This document shows positions 53,800 through 64,000 of a stretch of 64,000 bases of DNA, one piece after another. Each line of letters begins with the position of its first letter. Positions within the stretch are counted from its first letter, which is position 1. Location of the stretch: NCBI GenBank assembly GCA_951406725.2, contig OX597836.1:15376001-15440000 (forward strand). Reading direction: 5' to 3'. The notes beneath the pieces were generated by a model that made no database searches, was not told the DNA's origin, and worked only from the letters and a program-made list of their open reading frames with translations. This DNA comes from Octopus vulgaris (Eukaryota). The translations under genes were made by a program, and so were the position numbers.

Positions 53800-55094
53800 C
53801 ATACATACATACATACACATATATATACACACACACATATATATATATAGACACATACATACATATATGTGTGTGCTTGTGAGTGGGGTGTGTCTTTGTA
53901 TCTGTTTGTTCCCCACCACTGCTTAGCAACCAGTGTTGGTGTGTTTCCATCCTTGTAACTTATATATATATGTGTGCGTGTATGTATGTATATATCATCA
54001 TGATCATCATCATTTAACATCTGATTTCCATGGGTAGGATGGTTTGACAGGAGCTGCATAAATTTTCCTTTTACCAGTTGAAATATGTCACAAACATATT
54101 TTAACTAACCTAAACTTTGCTTATGTCTAAACACTGCTTGGTGCTAATATTGCAGTGGCTATGTGGTAAGTAGCTTGCTTACCAACCACATGGTTCTGGG
54201 TTCAATCCCACTGCGTGGCACCTTGGGCAAGTGTCTTCTACTATAGCCTTGGGCCAACCAAAGCCTTGTGAGTGGATTTGGTAGACGGAAACTGAAAGAA
54301 GCCCGTCATATATATATATGTGTGTGTGTGTGTGTAGGTGCAGGAGTGGCTGTGTGGTAAGTAGCTTGCTAACCAGCCACATGGTTCTGGGTTCAATCCC
54401 ACTGCATAGCATCTTGGGCAAATGTCTTCTGCTATAGCCCCGGGCCGACCAATGCCTTGTGAGTGGATTTGGTAGACGGAAACTGAAAGAAGCCTGTTGT
54501 ATATATGTATATATATATGTATGTGTATGTATATGGTTGTGTGTCTGCATTTGTCCCTCTAGCATTGCTTGACAACTGATGCTGGTGTGTTTACGTCCCC
54601 GTCACTTAGAGACCGATAGAATAAGTACTGGGCTTACAAAGAATAAGTCCCGGGGTCGATTTGCTCGACTAAAGGCGGTGCTCCAGCATGGCCGCAGTCA
54701 AATGACTGAAACAAGTAAAAGAGTAAAGAGTATATATATCTGGCTGGCACCAGTGCGGGTGGCACGTAAAAAGCACCCACTACACTCACGGAGTGGTTGG
54801 CGTTAGGAAGGGCATCCAGCCGTAGAAACACTGCCAGATTTGACTGGGCCTGATGAAGCCTTCTGGCTTCACAGACCCCAGCAGAACCGTCCAACCCATG
54901 CTAGCATGGAAAACGGACGCTAAATGATGATGATGATGATGATGATGATGTATATACACACATATAATAGTAGAAGATATTTGCCTAAGGTGCCATGTGA
55001 TGAGCTTGAACCACATACGACACAGCCATGCTTTTTATTTGTCTTTTCATTTATTTTTTTGTCTTCTTAATTTTTTGCCTTTCTGCTTTCTTAG

Positions 55095-55307
55095 AAAAAT
55101 TTGTTGAATCGATTGCAAACCAATGCTTCCCAAGAAATCTATGAAAATGAAAACTGCGGTGGTTTTTTCCGGATATTTCCCTCCGATGACAAACTGCAGC
55201 AGCAGAAGTACTCAACGTGGATGGCCTATGCCTTTTCTGTGTTTAAAAACGACATTAAATCTTCCATGACAAAAGGGAAACATTACGACTTCAGTTACCT
55301 TTGGCAG
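55095..55307 (+). CDS. TTLL7: TTLL7-like exon
   Basis: cttag / gtgaga; KNLLNRLQTNASQEIYENENCGGFFRIFPSDDKLQQQKYSTWMAYAFSVF... Confidence 0.92.
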
Positions 55308-55900
55308 GTGAGAGACTGTATCCTTATATTGGTTCAAAATTTTGGTACAAGGCCAAAAGGGATAAGTTGACTACATCAACCCCAGTAATCTACTGATACT
55401 TATTTTATTGACCCCTTCGTATATTGAAGCATATTCTGTTGTGTCTGGGGAGAGTCACTTTCTTTTTGTGCCTTATAATGTAACACACACACCGGTAAAA
55501 TTTTAGTTAGTTAGTTAGTTAATTTGGCTCAAAAGCAAATAACAAGGCCATGTAGGGGGACATGGAGTTAAGTACAGGGTGGTGTTCATGTAAAGAGTTC
55601 AGGCCACTTGAGGTCAAGGGAGACTTTGAACAAAGCGGTCGTCGGCATCTTCACCATCTCGTCTGGCAGCTTGTTCCACGGATCCGCAACCCGGACGGAG
55701 AAAGCTCCTCTCCTTCTATTGAGATGAAATCGTCACAGGAGAATAAAAATAAGAAATAAGTGGAAATTTTACTGGTAAGGCACAAAAAGAAAATGACTCT
55801 CCCCAGACACAACAGAATTAACGATAATTGAATGAAAAAACGTATAAGTCAACACACATTGGTATCATTTCTATACTTGTTGCTTTTGGCGTGGTCGTAG

Positions 55901-55984
55901 GAAGACGAAATCCTGAATATGCTGGCAGAATGTGAAGCTGCTGAAATGAAGAAAACATTTAAAGAAACAAATTATCCAAGTCAC
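55901..55984 (+). CDS. TTLL7: TTLL7-like exon
   Basis: gtag / gtaagt; EDEILNMLAECEAAEMKKTFKETNYPSH resembles TTLL7 EEDILDLLEQCE. Confidence 0.85.
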
Positions 55985-56069
55985 GTAAGTAAAACTTGTT
56001 TGTATTGGGTGGTGTGTGAGACAGCTGTCTTTTAAATGGGCCCCAGTTCCAAAGACAATGGCAACCGAA

Positions 56070-56560
56070 AAGCATTGAGTTTGACCTAAGGTGAAGGGTC
56101 AAAAGTAATTGAACAGACTTATTATCAACAGTCAGTATTAGGCACGTAAAAGCACCCACTACTCTCTCAGAGTGGTTGGCATTAGGAAGGGCATCCAGCT
56201 GTAGAAACTCTGCCAGATCAAGATTGGAGCCTGGCACAGCCATCTGGTTCGCCAGTCCTCAGTCAAATCATCCAACCCATGCTAGCATGGAAAGCAGATG
56301 TTAAAGGATGATGATGATGAGTTTTAGTCAAACAGATTGATGACCAAAGGTCAAGATTAACCAAATAGACTTATGACTAAAGATCAGAGTTTGTTGGACA
56401 GACTTATGACCCACAGGTCAGGATCAGGTGAATAGAGCTATGATTAAAGGTTAGGATTAGTAAAACTGACCTGTGATCAAATGTCCGCATTAATTGAACA
56501 GACTTACGATAACAAGTTTACATTAATTGAATGGACCAATGTTCAAAGGCCAACATTAAG
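56070..56560. repeat. Degenerate ~33-bp minisatellite split by an RTE tail
   Basis: recurring gacttatga.caaaggtca..att..ttgaaca units. Confidence 0.6.
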
Positions 56561-56985
56561 GAGCATGTGGTCATAGGCCCACATTATTTGAAGTGACCTT
56601 TGGTCATAAGTTAGCATCAATTGAATAGGGCTTCTGCTGACTCTTTCACCACAACTTTCTCTCACTCTTTCCTCCTGCATCTTGCAGCTCACCTGCGACG
56701 GACCAGCGTCCGGTCCAGGTGGGGAACCTATATGCCAAATAAACCGGGAAACTGGCCCTTATGAGCCAGTTATGGCTCGAGAAGGAACAAACAACAAAAC
56801 GACTCACCACTGGGAATTGAACTTATGACCATACAATTGTTAGCTGATAACCCTAACCACTAAGCCTTACTGAAAAAAAAAAAAAAAAACCGATGCCAAA
56901 AAACTCAAAAACACCCTATATGACAATCTTGTTCTGTTTGTTGAGAAAATTTCTTTGGTATTTTTTTTTCTTTTCTTATTTTCAG

Positions 56986-57000
56986 GGAACCTGCTTATGA
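56986..57000 (+). CDS. TTLL7: TTLL7-like probable terminal exon (GTCL*), followed by short 3'UTR with AATAAA at 57141
   Basis: strong pyrimidine tract + ttcag at 56985; phase 0 gives GGA ACC TGC TTA TGA; AATAAA then A-run downstream. Confidence 0.6.
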   Translation, partial: GTCL

Positions 57001-57559
57001 ATGATTTTTTGGATGGATATTTTGCTTTGCCAACCCACAATTCACTGTATAACCCTCACTTTCCTTGAAAAGCTTCAAACGAATGATATTATCAATATGT
57101 TTTTTGGGTTTGTCTTTTTTTTTTTTTTTATCATCATATCAATAAATAATGAAAAAAAAAAACAAAAGGCTTAACATTTATTTTGTATTTCAAGTTGTTG
57201 AAAATGTCTGAGAATTAATCACAAGACTATAATTAAAAAAAAAAATTTTTTTTTTGTTTTACTTGCATTAATTATTGAACTGTAGAAAGCATCTTTTATA
57301 TCTGCCTTCGAAGGAACTGTAAGTTCTATCATCTTTACCACCTTCCTTTCCTTGCACCATGACCCTCCCCCCCCCCCAAAAAAGGCGGGGAGGCCCTTTT
57401 GGTCATGAATGACCATGGGATTGCACCTGAAAAGTTCCTTTCCGAGGCACAAGTTTGAGCAAGGCTGTTTATGGAAGACCAGCAGTCGCCCATGCATACC
57501 AGCTTCCCGTCTCCATGTCACTGATGTTATCCAAGTGAAAGGCAAAGGCCAATGCAGCT

Positions 57560-58575
57560 GGGTCACAATGGAGTGCTGCTCTCACATCTGGGACGGTTCT
57601 GTTGCTATGCACATAGATATACCGTACGACATCTAGTGAAGACTACTGTATTTTATCAAATTTGCCATAAAGGCAGTACATAGAGTAAGGTAGCTTTGCA
57701 GGCTGGACACGGACATTAATGAGGTGAATGATAACGACACAAGGATGACGATGATGGGAGAAGACGAAAAGCACCCGCCGACTTTTGCTTCTCTAAAACA
57801 TTGTTCTTGTTTTTTAAAAATACTAAATGAGGTATTAACCCTCTTACAATTTTATGACACTTTTATGGACTAAAATGTCCATTACAATTAAAAACAATTA
57901 CATAAATGAGTCTTTAATTAACTTTCTTGCCTCCTGCAGGCATTCCAGCAGCTGCAAGTTGGGGGCCCTTACACAAGATCTATACTCTTCCTTTGAGAAG
58001 GAGTCCATTATGTGATAGAGGTTCCTTTCTTCTAGTACCCGAGCAGCCACCTGTGGAGGCCACTCTGGAATACAAGTCGAGTCTTTTAGGTCCTTAGCCT
58101 ACAGATGTGTTGTTTCCTCACAGTTATTTCTAGTGCTACTGTAATGGTCTCTGAATGTTATTAATATACTTAAGACCACGTCACAATGACTGCTGTTCAG
58201 ATCCAGAAGATACATCACTCCGCCCCGAACAACTATTTTGTCCCTCTACAAAGCACTGGCGGGGATCACAATGGAGCACTTTTTTCACAGTTACGACGGT
58301 ACTACTGCTGCCTGCATAAACTAAAACCCTTTCATAAAAATACCAACTCGAACGACGGACAATGAAATCCCTACGGCCCACAGGTGCTGTCTCATTTTTC
58401 TGCTTTATCTCTCACAACTATAATGGCTTCTGACCTCGGAGTTGGCTACGTTCTTGCCACTACCATCTCAGCATGTCCTTACACACCGAATCTCCTCTCA
58501 TAACCTTTGTTATGTCCAAGCTCACCAAGAACCTCACCCAGTCCTTCCTCCACGAACATCGGCCCTCTTGTTTTC
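57560..58575 (+). mobile_element. Degenerate CR1/L2-group LINE RT C-terminal fragments
   Basis: TMECCSHIWDGSVAMHIDI at 57565 and AHR.AVS...YNG...LTQSF at ~58370-58560. Confidence 0.55.
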
Positions 58576-59346
58576 CCTTTGCCCTCATATCTTTACCACA
58601 AGTGTTGGCTCACAATAGTGCACAACAAACATGATTATTATTAATCTTACTGATCTAGAAAACCCACCCTCCTTTCCTCCGCCAAGTTTTCATATGTTGT
58701 TTGGATTTATATATTTTATGTATTAATAATTCTGTTTCTAAAGCTAGTGAGCTGGCAGAAACATTACCAAACTGGGAAAAATGTATAATGGAAGGCAAGG
58801 TTTACAATATCGAAAGAATATCGTCTCCTTCCATCATCTTTTTGCTCTTCGTGTAGATCAGGCTCCCGGCAGGCGAAGAGAGAAGGTTTCAAATACAAAA
58901 TGCTATTTACAACTGGTTTTATTTACAAGTTGTCACAGGATAGGTGAAATGTGCTGCTCTCAGCAACCATCTTAAGCTGTGTGCGTTGTGGATGTACAAC
59001 ATGCAGACAGGCCCATCCAGTGGTGTGTCTTCAGCAAGCACTGCTGTGAAGTGGTGCCAAAAGAGACAGGTCTGAATCGGGTTTTCCATTATATACAGTT
59101 TTCCATCGCGAGCTTCATTGTGATCTCGCGCATGGCAAATGGATGCAGGTGAGGTCTCGCTCCAGTCTCGGAGATGGCAATGGTTGCCGCGAGATCTCGT
59201 CCAATACGGCGCTGACTGCTTGTGCCGCTACAAATGCATTGAGGCATTTCGTCTATCTTTACTGAGTTTAAATACCGTCGGGGTTGACTTTGTCTTTCAT
59301 CCTTTCGGGGTCGATAAAATAAGTACCAGTTGAGGACTGGAGTCGA

Positions 59347-59749
59347 ATGAAAGGTTTGGCGACAGGCAACCTCATCTCCGGTTTTGGGTTGGTGAGATAT
59401 TTTATCTTCCACCTTAAAAGGAAGGTGAGGCTGGAAAGAAGATGCATGTCAAAGAAAATGTTCAGAGAAAGATGGTTGCATATTGCGAGGGTGCTGGGAA
59501 TGAAAGATTCCTCGTGAACATGTCATAAGTCTGCATACAAAAGTTTCAGTAGGAGAATGGGGCTCGTGGGGTCGGAGCGTAACCCATCTCTCTGCTTCAT
59601 CTCATGTTTGTATTGCGTCCTTGTTGTATCTCATTCGATTTCATTATATTTTGTAAAATTTTAAAAGTCATATAATCATTGTGTGTCTGACCCCAATTAG
59701 GCTGTATTGTCCCCCTCTATGTTTGGGCCCTTGTGGCTAATAAAGAAAT
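59347..59749 (+). mobile_element. Tx1/L1-clade LINE 3' end + 3'UTR inserted in a family-3 SINE
   Basis: MKGLATGNLISGFGLVRYFIFHLKRKVRLERRCMSKKMFRERW...*; 9-bp direct repeat TGGAGTCGA at 59338 and 59750. Confidence 0.78.
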
Positions 59750-60009
59750 TGGAGTCGATGTAATCGACTTACTCCCTCCCCCAAAATTGTTGGCCTTGTG
59801 GCAAAATTTCCAAAATTTGTAAGCAATAATTCTCTTTCTAAAACAATGTTTGTTTCATTTAATGTTTTATGAACATTAAGATAGCAGGCGTTGTCTGTAC
59901 AATACGCTGGTATTGGTTTCCAGATTTGGGGGAAAATTGTATGATTTCCGCATCAAAATAGGTTGGAGAAATCCCTGCTTTCAGTGAACCTTGATATATG
60001 ATTATTGGA

Positions 60010-60430
60010 ATAGTCTAGTACCGGTTCGGGAAAGGTTGTCAAGGCATGGTTATGTCACTTCCCCCACGTGTCCGAGGTGCAGGCGTGCCAGTGAAACGGT
60101 CACTCACACTTTCGTACACTGTGAGGAATTGAGGGAGTTGATGGCCTTTGCCGAAAAGCTGATGTCGGATGCAGAAAGAGTACGGCTCTCGACTGAGTCC
60201 ATGATAAAGATTGTACCACCTTCCTCTTTTGCCAAAGAAAAGAAGGCCGTATTCCTCTGCGTAATAACCATATTGGAAGATGTGGTATGGAAGACGCGAG
60301 TGAAGGGGATTGCGACAGGTCAATTCATCTCCGGGCGTGGGCTGGTGAATTACTTTGCTGCCCATCTCTCCAGCAAGATCTGCCTGGAGAGGAAGAGCTT
60401 GCTGCAAAGAGTATTTGGAAAAAGATGGCT
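60010..60430 (+). mobile_element. Tx1/L1-clade ORF2 C-terminal zinc-knuckle fragment
   Basis: LVPVRERL.RHG...CPRC....ETVTHTFVHC (CCHC)...VVWKTR...ER...F.KRW. Confidence 0.85.
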
Positions 60431-61506
60431 TTATTGAGAAAATTCTATAGTTTGTAAGATATTTGTTGTTTTTTTTCTTCAATTTCTGCAATTTCAACCA
60501 ATCACTTACGTCTATTGAGGTGAAAACATTCTGTGTCGTATGAATATGTCCCTCGTTTAAGAAATAGATTGGGTTTATTTACATTTCTGAAGAAAAAAAG
60601 ATACCATTCCCCCCATCCTTAACCCTAACTAACTCTCTAACCCTAAAATAGATTGAAATGATACCAGGGTCATAATTATGGGTGACAATTTCATACAACA
60701 CCGCTAGAAAAAACTGCCGTTCAAACCGAAAAGATCCCTGAAAAGATTACCAAAAGGAAATCAACCGGCGGGTAAGGTCACTAACCCGAACCCCGTAAAT
60801 AGTAATAATTTAACATCTAAACTTTTAACTATATATCATTCGGCATTCATATCCATAAACTCATTCGTTTTCAATCTGTTGTAAGAGTGTGTCTGACCCT
60901 TATATGTCCTTGTTTGTCCCCTCTATGTATCCTTTTTATAAGGAACTAGCAGTATCGCCCGGCGTTGCTCAGGTTTGTAAGGGAAATAACTATAAAGCAT
61001 TTTTAGAGTTATAGCCAAAAAAATGATGGTAAATTTTTTTTTTAGTTAAAAAGGTCGAGTTGCGCCCCCTAGACAGTCTGTGGTTTGTGTTTCTGATTCT
61101 CGATCCCATGTCGAATTTATCGATTTTTTTCAGAACTGGGGGAACTTTTCAAAATTTTCGCTGCGTTAGTTTTGAATTATGACATTGGGCTATGTGTGTG
61201 TCAAGTTTCATCAGAATCGGTTGAAAGCCGTGGTCAGGGTGAGGGTACAACCTGACAGACATGCAGACAGACAAACTGCCGTTTATATATAGAGAGATAA
61301 AGAAAAATCTGACGCTAGATACGAGTTTTGAAAAGCCTATCGGTAATGACGTAATAGTTATATCTAATTAGATCATCAATGTGTGTCTGTGTCTGTGCGC
61401 GCGTGTATGTATGAATGTGTATGAATATTGCGTATGGTGTGTGTAATAATGACGAAATAATTAAAAGACTAACAGTAAAAATGCAAAAAGGGGTTTGTCA
61501 TTTGGA

Positions 61507-61514
61507 TCACGTGA
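61507..61514. promoter_or_regulatory. Palindromic E-box (TCACGTGA) ~90 bp upstream of CFAP57 ATG; CRE-like ATGACGTAAT near 61347
   Basis: motif match only, in a CpG-containing non-repeat stretch. Confidence 0.35.
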
Positions 61515-61605
61515 CTAACTTTATTTAAAGCCTCGTTTTGCGAAGATCATCCACAGAACATATTCCTCAGAACAGTAATCGGGTAAGTTTGGGGAACGAT
61601 TTCAA

Positions 61606-64000
61606 ATGGCTTTGTCTAAAGCGACTTTAAAATATTTGATTGGAATCAACTCGGATATTTCTAGCATTTTTTTTTATCTCGATGAACGAACTATCTTTTA
61701 TACGTGTGGTTGTTATTGTGTCCTTTTTAACACCGAACAGAAAAACATGCGGTTTCTCATAGCATCAGAGAAAGGAACTAAAATAACTGCCATGGCTGTA
61801 TCTCCGGACCGTAACTATTCGGCCGTTGCTTTGAATTCCGAGAAACCAACTGTGAACATTTTTGATTTGTTAACTGTGCAGAAAATAAAAACTTTAGTTT
61901 GCCACGAATTGCAATCTTGTAAGATCATTAGTTTGGCTTTTTCATATTTATCTCGATATCTTGTGGCCATGTGTGACGACCCATCACGAACCTTAATTTA
62001 CTGGTCATGGAAAAGATCGAAACTACTTCTCTTGACCAAAGTGACAGTTTCTGTGGCACCGGAGACTCTTTATTGCCTTACTTTCAACCCTCAAACACAT
62101 TTCAACGTGTATATATTTGGCAACAAGTTCCTTAAATTGTTCCGCTTCGAAGGATGCGAAAACAAACAATTCAATTTTCCGAAGATCGTACCTCAAGATT
62201 TCAAATGCTATTGCTGGGATGCGAACCAACGTCTTTTGGTGGGTACAGGCAGTGGCCGAGTGTTGTTTATCGAAGATAAGGATTTAAGACTTGACTTTAA
62301 TGTATTCCAATATACGAATATTTCCGACGAATCCGTCAAGTCATATGGAGTAACGGCTATTTCCAGTTATTCTGAAGGGTTTATTACAGCGTGTGGTAAA
62401 TCTGTGCACTTTTTTGAATGGGTTGAGGCCAAGGATACTTACAACTTTGTCAGGAGTGTATATCTGCCGTCACATGCTTTGGACAACAGTGACTTGCATG
62501 ACCAGATTATAAAATGGATGGTGGTGAATCCATCGGAGGACTTTCTCGCTATTAGCACCAACATGAAACAACTGTATTCTACACCAGTTAATCCACCAGG
62601 AACAGAACATTCGAATAAAGTAATTGTGTTTGATGTCTTAGTTCAACCTTTCCATTTTAAACCTATCACTGGATGTTGTGTTTGTACGTGGAAACCTTTC
62701 ATTGTAACCAGCTCTCTAGACGGTTCTATAAAACTATGGAACTACAAAACGTGTAGCTTAGAATTTTCTGTAAATTTTTCATCAGAAGTCTACAGCATAT
62801 CTATGCACCCAATGGGACTATTTCTTCTGGCAGGCTTCAGCGACAAATTACGTTTCATGTATATTCGTAAGAACGACTTCAAACAGTTTAAGGAATTCGA
62901 TATCCGCATGTGTACGCATTGCAACTTCAGTCGAGGTGGTCAAATGTTCGCGGCGGTCAGCAATAACTTCATACTAGTGTTCTCGGCGATTAATTTCGAA
63001 AGGCTATTTAAACTAAAAGGTCACAACAGCAAAATTCGAACTACCGTCTGGTGTATGGATGATGATAACCTTATCTCATGCGACTTGGGTGGAGCAATTT
63101 ACGAATGGGAAATAAAAACCGGGAAGCGAATTAGTCATTGTGCCTTGAAATCATGCGCTTATAACGATCTTGCAATGAATTTCGAGAAAAAAATATACGT
63201 CGTTGGTTCGGATTATTCCTTGAAAGAAATCTACAAGTCTCAATTATTACGAGCATTGCGAACGGAAAATGTTCTTTACACATCGATTGCTCTGTCATGG
63301 TCCAATACAGTGCTATTTGTGGGAACTAATAATGGTCATATAAGAAGTATGGAGTATCCTATAATTTTAAATGGAAAATATGTTGATTATCCTTGTCATA
63401 ATCTCGAAATTACGCACGTGATTTTTACACTCGATGATCGATATTTAATTTCAACATCAACAGATTCTTCGATTGCAATATGGAACGTTAGTGATTCTGA
63501 AGGTCGAAGTTTCAGACGGGACCTGAGTGCCATTTGGATAGAAGAAGTTTTATATCCGAGCCAAGGATTGAAAACAAAAAATTCTGAAATTTTAAATCTG
63601 AAATCCCGTGTAGAAAACCTCTCCAATGAAAACTTGTACGAATTGTATCTCAGAGACATGAGCTTCAAGGTCAAATTAAATGGGATACGCGAAAATCATA
63701 TTCAAGAAAAAGAAAATTTGGTAAGCAAAAATAAATTTCTAGAGAGCGATAAAGTCAGAGATAAGGCTATGTTTGACGAACAAATGGCAAAAATTATTGA
63801 ACAGCATTCCACAGACGTAGAATCCCTCAATAGTGTTGGTGATAAGAAGTTATTGCAAGAATGTGAAAAATACAAGAAGCTCCGTGCAAGAATGGTGACA
63901 CTACATGAAGAACAGGAGCAACAAGAACAAGATATGGTAGAAGAACATGAATATCTAGAAGAACAGTTGGAAAAAGAATACAAAAAGAAACTCGAAGATT
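61606..64000 (+). CDS. CFAP57: CFAP57/WDR65-like cilia- and flagella-associated WD40 + coiled-coil protein; single uninterrupted ORF, open at window end
   Basis: MALSKATLKYLIGINSDISSIFFYLDERTIFY...AMAVSPDRNY...EKPTVNIFDL...LIYWSW...HFKPITGCCVCTWKPFIVTSSLDGSIKLWNY...SMHPMGLFLLAGFSDKLRFM...LKGHNSKIR...KKLLQECEKY; no in-frame stop seen over ~798 codons. Confidence 0.92.
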   Translation, partial: MALSKATLKYLIGINSDISSIFFYLDERTIFYTCGCYCVLFNTEQKNMRFLIASEKGTKITAMAVSPDRNYSAVALNSEKPTVNIFDLLTVQKIKTLVCHELQSCKIISLAFSYLSRYLVAMCDDPSRTLIYWSWKRSKLLLLTKVTVSVAPETLYCLTFNPQTHFNVYIFGNKFLKLFRFEGCENKQFNFPKIVPQDFKCYCWDANQRLLVGTGSGRVLFIEDKDLRLDFNVFQYTNISDESVKSYGVTAISSYSEGFITACGKSVHFFEWVEAKDTYNFVRSVYLPSHALDNSDLHDQIIKWMVVNPSEDFLAISTNMKQLYSTPVNPPGTEHSNKVIVFDVLVQPFHFKPITGCCVCTWKPFIVTSSLDGSIKLWNYKTCSLEFSVNFSSEVYSISMHPMGLFLLAGFSDKLRFMYIRKNDFKQFKEFDIRMCTHCNFSRGGQMFAAVSNNFILVFSAINFERLFKLKGHNSKIRTTVWCMDDDNLISCDLGGAIYEWEIKTGKRISHCALKSCAYNDLAMNFEKKIYVVGSDYSLKEIYKSQLLRALRTENVLYTSIALSWSNTVLFVGTNNGHIRSMEYPIILNGKYVDYPCHNLEITHVIFTLDDRYLISTSTDSSIAIWNVSDSEGRSFRRDLSAIWIEEVLYPSQGLKTKNSEILNLKSRVENLSNENLYELYLRDMSFKVKLNGIRENHIQEKENLVSKNKFLESDKVRDKAMFDEQMAKIIEQHSTDVESLNSVGDKKLLQECEKYKKLRARMVTLHEEQEQQEQDMVEEHEYLEEQLEKEYKKKLED

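Noticed and set aside
56070-56560. Regularly spaced ~33-bp repeats resembling a CRISPR array
   Set aside because: Units are contiguous and degenerate with no unique spacers, there are no cas genes, and the context is a eukaryotic intron.
57940-57996. Alternative TTLL7 last exon (AFQQLQVGGPYTRSILFL*)
   Set aside because: No TTLL7 similarity, weaker context than 56986, and it lies among LINE debris.
63396-63983. Minus-strand ORFs near the window end
   Set aside because: Shadows of the + strand CFAP57 coiled-coil coding sequence.

Overview
Eukaryotic, AT- and microsatellite-rich genomic DNA, almost certainly octopus, judging by the dense tRNA-derived SINEs and RTE 3' tails ending in (GAT)n. 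Nearly all ORFs in the supplied track are microsatellite or SINE artefacts. Reading splice sites and frames by hand gives three + strand genes. (1) The 3' part of a FRRS1-like DOMON + cytochrome b561 ferric-chelate reductase: 10 coding exons, 1521-22352. (2) A TTLL7-like tubulin polyglutamylase: 11 coding exons, 39683-57000, about 534 aa, apparently lacking the long vertebrate C-terminal tail. (3) An intronless, divergent CFAP57/WDR65 ORF from 61606 that runs off the window and is missing from the ORF track. Introns and intergenic DNA hold SINEs and fragments of RTE, CR1, Dong/R4, Tx1, Penelope, mariner/Tc1 and Helitron/Helentron elements. The most notable hidden signal is a dispersed set of type I hammerhead-ribozyme motifs (canonical and variant cores) in Penelope-associated modules and fold-back palindromes embedded in (TA)n tracts, several in sense orientation inside introns. 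Also notable are local duplications in TTLL7 introns that create a candidate poison exon and an exon-flanking inverted repeat. All calls come from manual reading; no database search or folding program was run.
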